Positions 13,262-24,360 of a stretch of 64,000 bases of DNA are shown piece by piece. The notes beneath the pieces were generated by a model, which was given only the letters and a program-made list of their open reading frames with translations, ran no database searches and was not told the DNA's origin. Position 1 is the stretch's first letter; each line of letters begins with the position of its first letter. The translations under genes and the position numbers were made by a program. The DNA is from Camelus ferus (lineage: Eukaryota): assembly GCF_009834535.1 (NCBI RefSeq), contig NC_045705.1:25916001-25980000 (forward strand). Direction: 5' to 3'.

Positions 13262-13965
13262 TTAATCTGGTGACCTTTGGAAAGCCTCAAGGTAACTTGA
13301 TGGGGGCTGGTTGCCTGGGGAGCCAACCATGTGATTAGAGGGTTGGAAATTTTAGTTCCATGCTGGACCCACTAGGAGTGGGGAAAGGAACTAGAGATTA
13401 AGTTCAGTCACTATTGGCCAATGATTTCATCAATCATGCCGACATAATCAAGCCTCCACAAAAGCACAGAAGTACACGGTTTGAAGCGCTTCCATTGGGT
13501 GAATGTAGGGTGATTCAAGAAGAGTGGTGCTCAGAAGGGACTTGGAACTCTGCACCCTTTCCCATACCTTGCCCTATATGTGTCTTCCCTCTGGCCATTA
13601 CGGAGTTACATCCTCTTACGATACATCGATAATTTGGTCCATAAAATGTTTCCCTGAGTTCTGTAAGCCACTCTAGCAGATTAATGACAATTAAAGAGGG
13701 TCTTTGAAATCTCAGATCTATGGCCAATTAGAAGCAGAAGTGTGGGTGACAACCTGTACTTGTGATTAACATCTGAAGTTGGGGTGAGGGGTTCTAGCCT
13801 TGTGGCACTGAGCCCTTAACCTGTGGGGTCTGATACTATCTCCAGGTAAATAGCATCAGAATTGAGTTGAAAGGTAGGACACACAACTGGTGTGTGACAA
13901 TTGCTCGGCAGTGTGGAGAAACTGCCCCTCCACATGCACACACATTATAATTAGGTACCGAATCT
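13262..13965 (+). mobile_element. MER21-type ERVL LTR
   Basis: ccaaccatgtgattagagggttggaa...ggccaatgatttcatcaatcatgcc...ctgagcccttaacctgtggggtctg. This explains ORFs 13414-13632 and 13515-13727. Confidence 0.92.
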
Positions 13966-15064
13966 TACTAATCTATAGGGTTAATTTCAAATGCGTAATT
14001 AGGGACATAACCACTTCACCAGAGAAGTAAAAGCTGTCTAGAGAGATCGTAAGATAATTGCATTATGTTAAATATGGGTTTGGAAAAACTAGTTCTTTTA
14101 ATCTACTGGATGAAATACGGAGATTTAGTCTATTAAATTATCTGTGTGAGACTGCAGCAGTAAGCAACAAGTGAAAATATGAAAGGCAAAGACTGTAAAT
14201 GAATCCTTGCCGATTTGGACAGATGCATATGGTCTGATCTTTATATAGAACAGACAGATCAATAACAGAGCAGCCCAAAGTCTCTGGTTGAAAGCCCAGG
14301 ATAATTCTACTTAAAAAGAAAAAGAAAAAAAAAAAAAAGGAGTAAGAAATATGGTCTTTACTTTTTTTTCCCCTTCATTTTTTTTTCTATAAATACTAAT
14401 ACAGTCGGCTTTCTTTTCCTGTAACAGAGGAAAAGGAATACAGAAAAGATATTCCCTTTTAACAACCCAAAAAGGTCAGCAAAGTACAAAATCTACAAAG
14501 CTGGATAAATGTGGGGAAAGCATTAAATGTTAATGATGTCCTTGGTTGCAAAGTTTTGCAAAAATCATGTACATTTTCAATCACGCCATAACTAAGACTG
14601 CATGATCCCACTTGTCATCACAAAATGAACTGACTAGACATGTGGTCAGGGTCATTGTGCACATGTACAGTAAAGACAACAGGAAGATAACTTACCTCTC
14701 TGTCCCTGACCACTGTGTAGCTAAGTGACAAGGTATGTCAACAGTATGGGGTCCCTTCACGATGAAGGGCTTTGGGCCAAGCCAACAGGGGTTTGGCTTC
14801 CCCAGTTCTCTGAGCTCCAGGAGCTGCTCCACTGGTAAAATGGTGCGATGATATTTAACTTGTAGTACTGTTGTAAACGTCAGCATACTAATTATTATTA
14901 TTTTCGGCAGAGCATTTAGCACAATGACAGTCTTAAAAATATTTCTACAGTATGACACTTGACTCCTTCTACAGCTTTCTAGTCCATCAGCATCTTCTTC
15001 ATTCTCCATCCTGTAGGTCTTTCACCATCCAAGCCATTTCCGGTTTTCTTTATTAACCTGTCTG

Positions 15065-15395
15065 TTTTCTCAACCTTGATCCTTTGCCATTTCTTTTGCT
15101 CAGATATCCCCGCCCCCTTCTAAGCGCATGTCTTTCTGCAACATTACCTGGTCAAATTCTACTGTTCAACTCTCCACCTCGACTGCACCTGTTCCCTCAC
15201 AGGACATGTTCAGTTCGCCTGCTCTGTGATGCCACAGCATTCTCTCCTTTCCCTTTCAACATTTAAATGGCCCTTGCATCACTTGTTTTGCTTTTCTTTT
15301 TTTCACTTAGACTCTTAAGACAGCTGAGGCTAAAGACTTCATTCGCCTTGCTCACCAACAAAGCATTGCCTTTGACATGTTAGAAGTATTAAATA
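15065..15395 (+). mobile_element. L2 LINE 3' end
   Basis: Pyrimidine-rich L2 3' region ending ...gaagtattaaataaat. Confidence 0.7.
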
Positions 15396-15464
15396 AATTA
15401 TAGCCATTTCCGTCACTGTACTCCATATACATCTGTAAGGTAGTAAAAAAAGATGGATGTAACT

Positions 15465-15615
15465 TTAGAGTCAGAAAGGTGGGAGCTGGAATCCTTGACC
15501 CACTGCTCACTAGCCCTGAAACTTTGGCCAAGTTAGGCCAGTCTGCCCAAGTCTCAGTTCCTCACCTATGAATTTGCAGTAATATTGCCTCTGAGAAACT
15601 TATGAGAACTTTGTC
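15465..15615 (+). mobile_element. MIR SINE
   Basis: gctggaatccttgacccactgctcactagc...ttggccaagtta...gtctcagttcctcacctatgaa. Confidence 0.8.
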
Positions 15616-17164
15616 TTTTACAATAACTAGTACTAATACTATCCTATGAGTTAACCTACAAGCTCAATTTTCTGGTTGTTAGTACAGAACAAAGTTTCAG
15701 ATAAACACTTTTAGAAAAGAAAAGGCAGATTCTACTGCCAAGGGAACACATTTGGTGTCTCATTCATTTTACCTTACCAGAGCTTCTTCCTAGCGTTATG
15801 TTAACAGACAGGACTTTCTGGGGACTGAAATTTTACTCAGGACCTTCTGTCCAAATGCATGTGAGGCTAAAACAGAAATGACAACAGCTGAATTTAAATT
15901 GGAAGCTAATCCAAAGTGACAGGCATATCCAATTGGCAAGTCAGACTTGAAAGCCAGTCCTTTGGAGGTCTGCACCTGTGACCAGCGCACCTGACGCCCA
16001 CCTCAGCTTGCCTCACCCCATCCCAAATGCTCATTAGATTGTGTCGCTCTGGCAATGCACCAGGGAAATGGTTCCGAAAAATCCACATGACTTCAGCATT
16101 TTGCGTGATCCAGTGAAAGAAAATCATGCTAACTCAGGACATGCACCTCCTTTTGGCTGTTTTTCAACCTCCAGGGTGAAGAGATTAGACAGCTGTATAC
16201 AGGAAGCTATTGGGAACAGTCATCTGGTTTTAAGGAAGCCTAAGAGACTTGTTTTGAGAGCATCTGCATTGCAAGCGTATTGCTCGTGTGCTGGGTATGC
16301 ACTGGGGCTTCTGGGGGTTGCTGATGAGGATTATGGAAGTCGAGGGGAGGAGCAGAAAAAGCCCCACTAAGCTACACCTTAGTTGGCACAATAACTCTGG
16401 AAAAGGAACAGGGAAGCTGTCGTTAGTTACAGCGATCTCTGGGCTCAGGCTTCCACTGCTAAAGAAGGCAATTTAAAATTTCACTATGACCACGTTGGGG
16501 GCAGAGGCAATTCAGAACATCAGAACCTCACCTTCAGAGGCAGCAGGTGGAGAGCCCGCTTTCTGGCAGGAACTCCTGCTACGCCCACATTGTTAACACA
16601 CCGCTTTCAGATGAGTCAGCATGAAAACTCAGATGGGAATTTTCCTTATAAACTTTAGAGGATTTAGGTCTGCAGCCTTGAATCCAAATCAACACTCTTG
16701 AGGAGGAGAATTTCTTCCTATTTTCTAACCTCTGAGGACCACCCACAACTACCAACTTTCAAGGAGAACAGGACTGCCTACTTCCCAGGCCTAGTCAGCG
16801 CTTGAAATATTAAGTGTCTGCTCATCTCTGGGGATTATGTCTGTGCTTCATAATATATACTCACAGCTACAATTAAAGAGGCTAGAAATGATTTATTTTA
16901 TATATATTTTAAAGATAAAGCATGCAGCTATTTTTCATAGTATTAATAACGATATTTAAGAGACCATGTGTTTCCAGCCCTCTTGCCCTCTTCTTCCTGG
17001 ACAGAATTATGTAAGTCATCCAGAAGAAAATAACTTTCTGTTATTTCCTAAGAAAGTATTTTGGTCTCAGAGACATGACATTTGGTTTGTCCCTTATATG
17101 ACTTTAGCTTACTTCAGGGCACTAAAAACACCTGAACGACTCTTGAGAGCTTAAGATTACTTTC

Positions 17165-17330
17165 AAACACATTATGTTATTCAGCCCTGAAGACAAATCT
17201 GTGTGTGTGGTGGGGGGTGGCTTATCCTCATTTGAGAATTAAGGAAACTGAGACAGAAAAAAGCTGAAAAAAGAAATGATCTCTGAGCACATGGTGGAAC
17301 TATCTGAAGCTAGTACAACCCAATGTTTTC
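17165..17330 (-). mobile_element. MIR SINE
   Basis: ttatcctcattt...aaggaaactgagacag core. Confidence 0.7.
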
Positions 17331-17429
17331 TGGGAAATAAAAATACGAGACAAATTAATTACAAATTCACCAACTGTACACTGAAATCTCTATCAGCTTT
17401 CAACAACAATAATGGCAGCTACTATTATT

Positions 17430-17545
17430 ATTATTATTACTGAAGACCTGTAATGTACCAGCCACTGTCTGATGAAAAACAAGACAAGGCCCCATCCTCA
17501 AGGGGCTCCCATCCTCCAGTGGGCATAAGGCCCAATAAAAAGAAA
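17430..17545 (-). mobile_element. L2 3' fragment
   Basis: tactgaagacctgtaatgtaccagccactgt...gacaaggccccatcctcaaggggctc. Confidence 0.6.
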
Positions 17546-19334
17546 ACAATAAGGCATGTAGACAAGGTCAAAGTTATATAAAAATGTAATCAATAGTCCT
17601 TTAATCTGCAGAATGTATTACAGCTTTGAAAATAATTTCAAACGTAATCATTTGGTTCTCCTACAACTGGACAATCAACAACCCTCGCTAGAGATGACCA
17701 TCATTTTGAGGATGCTGTGTAGTAAATGGATTAGCAGTATGTGGGTGTTACGGTGTAAAGGATGGTATGTTTTTGTCCTATGTATCATTGGCTGAAAGTT
17801 ACGAAAGCACAGCAAATATTTTTTCCCTTCTGCTCGCGTAAGAAGCTAGAGTATATATTCTAACACAAACAATTTAATCCCATGGTTGGAAGAAAAGTTT
17901 GCAAGCTCCTTATTGGTCCACTTATAAAATCAAAGCACACTATTCAATAATGACGAGAATTTCCTACTATTCTCATTATTTTTGAGCATCTACTACATTT
18001 TAGACATTTTTATATACGCTCTCTTTTATAATGGGAGTCATCTTGGCCCCCTGCTATTAAAATGGGTTTTACAGACAATCACTTCAATATTTTACAGAAC
18101 AGAATAGCTATACCCACAATTCACAAGTGAACTCTCTTTTCTCTACCACCGTATACATGACAGAACCAGTTACTGCAAGGAATAAAGCATCCGGCACTTG
18201 TTGAGGAAAAAAAGAGCCACCAAACATAGCTGCCTTTTAAAAAAGAAAACATTTTTGAGGGGAAGGAGTCAAACAGGAATGTAAAAAATATACTGGGTAT
18301 TACACCCAGAATAATGGGTGACTTTCTTACTTCCCAGAACATTGATTTAGTTTGGTCTGCTATCCACCGGACAATTAATGTGGTATCATTGGTTCAAGTT
18401 TCTATTAACTTTCTCTCCTATCTCTGCCAAGCTGATTTCCTGGGCAGCTGGAAGGAGAATTCAATGTTAAATCCCTTTAACGTTTTTGCATTCATTGACG
18501 TCTCATTTGGAGTTACGCACATCTGATAAACATGTTTCATGCTTCATGTTTATTATGGTAAGAATCCAAAGCAATGCATTTCCCACCACTGAATAGAATA
18601 TTTGTGAAAACCATATTTTAATAACCAGTGTTGCACCATTGGCATTAACAGAGCAGAATGTGATGCATATAGGAGTACAATTTAGTGTACTATTTAAATT
18701 CCTTCCAGAAAGACCAACACCAGCTATAGGACAGTCCAGTTGGCCATTACTAAACATCAAGAAAAGAAGCAAAGAGAAAATGCCCAATGTGAGAACATGG
18801 CTCTTTTCAGGGGAATGAAAAGTACCTTCTGACAGCTCTGTATATGTCAATCAAGATTTATGTGTGGCACCGGGGTTTCCTCCTCATTCCACACGTTTAA
18901 AAATCAAAACAAATCTCATAGCCCAGAGCCAAGCTGCATAGGGTTTGTTCTGTACGTAGTTTGACCACAGTTTCATTTAAACAAACATGTAAGATTTTGG
19001 TGCATTTTTCCAATAACACTCCTTATCTCACCATTCATTAGTTTAGGCAAGGGAAGATTATTCTCCGCCTAGCTGGCTCCTATTCAGCCTCTGTGAGCTG
19101 CCCCAACTAAGTGGGCCATGAAGAATGAGAGCTCACTTTCCCTTCTCTGGGAAGAGTAAGGCTCAGGGATTACTTTCTCAGCATCAATGTCACATCGTTC
19201 CTCCCTTATTTTGGAAAATGATGTCCTTATGGTTTTTTACCACCCCCTCCATGAGAAGAGCACCTACCCCAATGCTGCAATTGTGAAGAAAGTGTCAAAA
19301 TTCAAAAATAAGAGGCCTGCGTATGCCTTCCAAA

Positions 19335-19490
19335 GTGCTCTGACCCAGCTGCACATTAGAATCACTTGGGAAGCCTTTATAAAGTTTACATGCTCAGATC
19401 TTGTCTCTAGAAATTCAGGTTCACTGAGTTTGCGCTGGGGCCAGAGCATCTGTTTCCTCCAGCAACACGGCGCTCTATCCAGTGCAGGGA
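19335..19490. mobile_element. MER5A (hAT-Charlie MITE)
   Basis: cagctgcacattagaatcacttgggaagc...agaaattcaggttcactgagtttgcgctggggccagagcatctg. This explains ORFs 19187-19564 and 19264-19620. Confidence 0.85.
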
Positions 19491-21054
19491 TGGGGGCGTG
19501 GACTGCTAGTGGAGACAGGAGGGCGACACTGCTGTCTGTCTCTAAGTGGCTACTCAGTGAATAAAGATGTAGAAGGATGGTTCCATTTACTCTCAGAGCG
19601 AATTCATTTTTTAAAGACATAGCATTGAGAAGTTATTTGAATCATATTTCTACAAAAGGTAATCAGTTTAGAAGTCCTTTTACATTCAGCATAATAACTA
19701 ATACAACAGAGATAGGCTTGTTAGTATAAAGTGACAGAATTTATATAAAGCTTTTTTTTTCTTTGTTGACAAGAATACATTAAATGATGAAATCTACTCA
19801 AAAATTTCTCAGAACTAGGAAAAGTATTTACACAAAAGAAATATTTTCAAGATTACATCTTTTATTCAAAAATGTTTCCACCCCTACCAGTCTAATTCTA
19901 ATGAAGATCCAATATATTATTCCTTACTAGAGCTTACAAATGAGGTCACTTTGGTATCGAAAATTCATACTTCCAATCTGTTGGGAGCATTGAGTCAAGA
20001 TTCAAAAATTCCCAAATCATGGAGGAAAATGCATGTCATGATCAACTTTTCAGCAGAAATGAACACTGCAAGGCTTATTTGATGAATTTAATAAGGGGCA
20101 CTCCATGCCCTGACCTTTCCTCTAGGATAGTGATGTCACACAGCTTGGTATCCTGAACAATCTGTTGTCATTCATTAGTGGTGAATTTAAGCCTAACCTT
20201 TCTTATCACACTGATCTTCTCTGCCAATTCTGTAAATATGCGTTTCTCAGTTGGGAAGTGTATACATCCTGGCTTCTATCTAATCATAGATGCTTTTTGC
20301 ACATCAACTCATAGTAGCAGAATCTAGGAAATAGCTTACTTCTACCTGAATCTCTTCATAGCAGAGAGCTCTCTTTGGTTCTTGTCACTAAGCTTAACAA
20401 ATGCTATGAATTTCCCGGCTTCTATTTTCTCAGTGAACCAGCTCAGCTTTTTCATCTTGTGTTAAAAAAAAAAAAAAAAAAGTTTGTTTAATGGCCAGAG
20501 TTTCGTATTTCATATGCATCGGAAAGATTATACAAAACTTTTTTTTTTTTCCCTTTCAACTTTAATGTGAATGAGTTTGAGTCTTTCCAAGATTAATTCT
20601 TCCTCCTTTACCAGGATATGAAACGCCATCTCTCATGAACGTTTTGGTCCCTTCTAATATGTCATTTGATGGTGTATCAGAAAGCCACACAACTTAAGTA
20701 CTTGTATTTTAAAGTAATCTCACATGATTGACCCCTTAACCCATGGCTCAACATTTCATCTGCTTTATCCAAGCACTTCGGTCTCTTTTGAAGAAATTAT
20801 GTTCTCAGGTTTTCAGTAATGTTGTGGTGTCTCTGCCTTTGGTTTTGAGTCAGAGATGATGTCATTTCTAAAAAGTCTATGAGAATCAGTGATGGTATTT
20901 GGTTCTGTTGAGCTAAGGTTGTTCCCTTGAACTCATTTTTTAAATCTGGAAAGAAGGAACTAGCAAATGGAGCTGTTGCTACCCCATGACTTGTGAGCTT
21001 CACATCTTTTTAAAATGGGGAAGGATTCTTCAGATGGCAGCTGAATGTGGAAGA

Positions 21055-21260
21055 GCAGTTGTTCATTCCACAAATATTAGTTGAGTATAAATGTGCAACA
21101 AATAAGTAGTCATGTGGGGCAAACAGAAGGGGAATCTATCCTCAAAGAAGTCCCAATCAAGTAAGAGAAAAGACGTAGAAACAAATGAGTACTGCCATTT
21201 GTTAAGTAAACTCACAAATTAAAGTAAAGCTTATGGTAAAATGATAGCACAGACACCCTC
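21055..21260 (-). mobile_element. L2 3' fragment
   Basis: ttcattccacaaatattagttgagta...ctatcctcaaagaagtccc. Confidence 0.55.
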
Positions 21261-21469
21261 GCCCTCCAACTCCACAAAGAAATTAGGTGTGTGTGAAAAG
21301 AAGGCGGAATGTTTGGGCAAGATGTGAAGTGGAATTTCTCCTTTGCTTTGGGTTTAAAGGGAAAAACAGGAGAATAAGGTAAAAGAAGTAACAGAAGAAC
21401 ATTAGAGCATTTAGAGCGGGATATACACTATGTGAAAGACTCAGGAGCAGGAAAACCTTGGGACATTGG

Positions 21470-21950
21470 GGTAAACTGTATTTTTCAAAGAGGTTCATCA
21501 AAATATGTCCTGTCCCACATGCTCTTATGATGTGACATTGCCACTCTTCTTAATGAGAGTTGGGGTTGATGTCATCTCTCCTTTATCACTGGAGAAAGTG
21601 ATGCTATGTGACTTTGGAGGCTAGGTCCTAAAAGGCAATATGGCCTCTGTCTGGATCTCTTGGAATGCTCAGCCTTGGAACCAGCTGCCATGCTTTGAGA
21701 AAGCCAAACAGCCACTTATAGGTATGACCCCGTTAAAGTCATAGCCGACTGCCAGCATCTGCTTTCACACCTGAAATGAGTCCAGTTCCAGCCAGCATCT
21801 GGATGCAAAAGCACGGCAAACGCTGTGTAATTACCACCTACCTGTATCCCAGCCAAACCTGAGACTCATGAAAAAGAATAATAACAATTGCTGCTGTTTT
21901 AAACTATTAAATTCTGGGTTGATTCATTTTATACCAACAGCTAACTGAAC
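21470..21950 (+). mobile_element. ERVL-MaLR solo LTR (MLT1F/G/H-like)
   Basis: gtgatgctatgtgactt...gaggctaggtcctaaaagg...ccagctgccatgct...gctgttttaaactattaaatt...gctaactgaaca. Confidence 0.8.
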
Positions 21951-21974
21951 AGATATTGTGGACCCTGGGAGGAA

Positions 21975-22415
21975 TTTGTTTTTTTATGCCATGGTTCCCT
22001 TTGAAAATCTGGTGACATCTATGGGCTTCTTCTCAGATTAATGTTTTTTAAATGAAAAAAACACAATACATAACATTACAGAGCAAAAAATATATATTGC
22101 TATACTGGCGTCAATATGTTGAAATTTTTTATATAAAAATATATGTGCATCTTTATTAATAAATTAAATGATAACATCTAGCAGTAATTCTAACTATAAT
22201 AATTTCAAAGTAGTGATGAATATGAAAGATATTTTGTGGTATCTGACACAACTATAATATGATATAAAAACTGATTTTTTACGAAAAAATAATGCAAGTA
22301 TGGTTTATTGCCTACATTCACAATTGACAGAAATGGTAATTTCACTTAGCCATTAGTGCAGATAAAGTATATGTATATTTTTCTATCCCAAGAGCAAGTA
22401 CCCCTGAATTCTACC
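21975..22415. mobile_element. hAT-Charlie non-autonomous element
   Basis: tgccatggttccctttgaaaatctggtgacatctatgg...tttcaaagtagtgatga...gcctacattcacaattga...cccctgaattct. Confidence 0.8.
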
Positions 22416-23434
22416 ATAAGTATTAAAGAAAACATAAGAAGTAAAATAATGGGTGGTCCTTGCACAAAGCCCACAAAATAAGCAACATTCCTGCGTTCTG
22501 AAAGCCTGAGTTCATGAACTTGCTCCAATCACATGGGCTTAAAAAAAAAAAAAATCATGCCTCCTTCCTGAAACTCAGTCCTCCTATCTGTAAATATTAT
22601 AACCTACTGTAACCTCCTGATGCAAGAATCTCATCCCGTAAATGTTACATCACATGGTTTGGTAGAACTAAAAATAAAATACTATCTCAGTGCTTTATAA
22701 TATTTCTAGAGTTCTTAGAAATGTAAGGAAGTACCATTCTTTCTCTCACTTTATAATCTTAGTACATTCAGTCTGACAGGATACATTTCTTGTTGATGAC
22801 TGTGTACCTTACATAACTAAAATCTTGGACACACGGCTCACTCATTTCTGAGGCCACCGGCAACTCATACACAAATACTTCCTCTCTGCAAGTTATTTAA
22901 GGGCAAGATATGCTGGGTTTTGGCACTTTGGGTCAGAAGCAATAAAACCAGTCAGAACTGGTACACGTTCTTCCTTCCCAAGAAAAACGCAGAGGTGGAG
23001 CTGCTACTTACTGTTCCTGTGATTTCTGCTCTTGAGGCTGTTTTCAGCCTGAACCGTTTTATACCCATTTTGTGTGACCTTCTGTGTAATTACTTTTACA
23101 CTTGAGGTTTATCTATTTTGGATTTTTAATGGCAACTGGAGTCTTCTTACTAGGCAAGAGCCTTTGGAACAAAAAGATCTCAGAATAAGTTTCTTTTTTA
23201 TTCCAGATGCAATAGTTAGAGCACCTTTGTGGGGCTTTGCCAAGGCTCTCTGTTCATATGAAGAAGGCTATCTTAAAACAAAATGCCACTATCCAAATGT
23301 CTGTATTTTAATAAACCTGCCACATGGTACTAAAACTTAAATACACTTGGAGATGAAAAAGGCATGGACTCTCAATTTAAAAAGACATTGTGGTTCTACT
23401 TCCAGTCTTATGTCCTCCATCTTTGCTCTCTACT

Positions 23435-23650
23435 GAGGGTCAGCAAAATTTTTCTGTAAAAATCTCCAGATTTTTACAGAAAATATGACAATAAATATTC
23501 TCAGTTTGCAGATCATATGATCTCCATCACAACCATTCGACCCTGTTGTTATGTAGAAGTAAAAATCAGGATTAACTGTGTTTTAATACAACTTTATTGA
23601 CAAAAACAGGCCACAAGTTGGATTTGACTAGAGCAGGCCTTGGTTTGCTG
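23435..23650 (+). mobile_element. MER58A (hAT-Charlie MITE)
   Basis: gagggtcagcaaaattttttctgtaaa...actttattgacaaaaacagg...tggtttgctg. Confidence 0.85.
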
Positions 23651-23699
23651 CTATACACACTTCCAAGAATGATAATTGTAAAATAAAGATTTACTTATG

Positions 23700-24360
23700 T
23701 TATTTTCCAGCCAAAACCCTTTAATAGCTCCCTATGGGTATGGTGACCAAATAATAAATTGCCTGAACTGAGACACTATTGAGAATGAGAAAGGGGGTGC
23801 TACTGATAATTGTACTAAGATGGTGAGTATCCATTAGAACAGTCCCTGGCAAACTGGGACATATGATCACAGAACCTGTGGCCTATGGGATAAAATCTGA
23901 ATATTTTAGGCTGGAATTCAAGAGCTTTACATTCTGACACTGTTCTGTCTTTCCAGCCTATGTCCCCAAATGCATTTCATCTTCCTGCCAATTTTAATAT
24001 CTTTTTTTGTGTGTTATTCCCTCTCTTCTTGGAACCCTCTTCTCCCTTTTCTCTGCCAAGTGATGTCCTGCTTATCTAAGACTTTTCAGATGCTCTCTTT
24101 CTTGTGAAGTGCATCCCAATGCCCCAAACTCTGCCCTCGCTTATACAATTTAACTTTTACTGCTATTTCAATACTTAACACCATGTAATGTAATTATTTA
24201 CTACCCACAGTGACCTCTACTTTTTTTTTTCCTCCTCATCATTCACCTTCCTCTCTAAATAAGTTGAAGCTGAAGTTAGAGTGGGGGTTACTGTCTTACA
24301 TTTTTTTCTCTGAATTCTTAGTCTAGAATCTAATAGGTCTGCAATACTTAATGAATGTAC
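23700..24360 (+). mobile_element. L2 LINE 3' region (interrupted by MER94-like element)
   Basis: caaaaccctttaatagctcc [insert] ggataaaatctgaata...ggaattcaagagct continues as L2. Confidence 0.7.
23739..23873. mobile_element. MER94-like hAT-Blackjack MITE, inserted in an L2
   Basis: Ends tatggtgacca ... ctgggacatatgatcac; internal gagaatgagaaagggggtgcta. Confidence 0.8.

Noticed and set aside
18100-19050. Overlapping ORFs, including a 115-aa minus-strand ORF with a faint RT-like SLLLFLMFSN stretch
   Set aside because: There is no YADD or other RT/transposase motif in register and the frames are broken. I could not assign it to a gene, pseudogene or TE.
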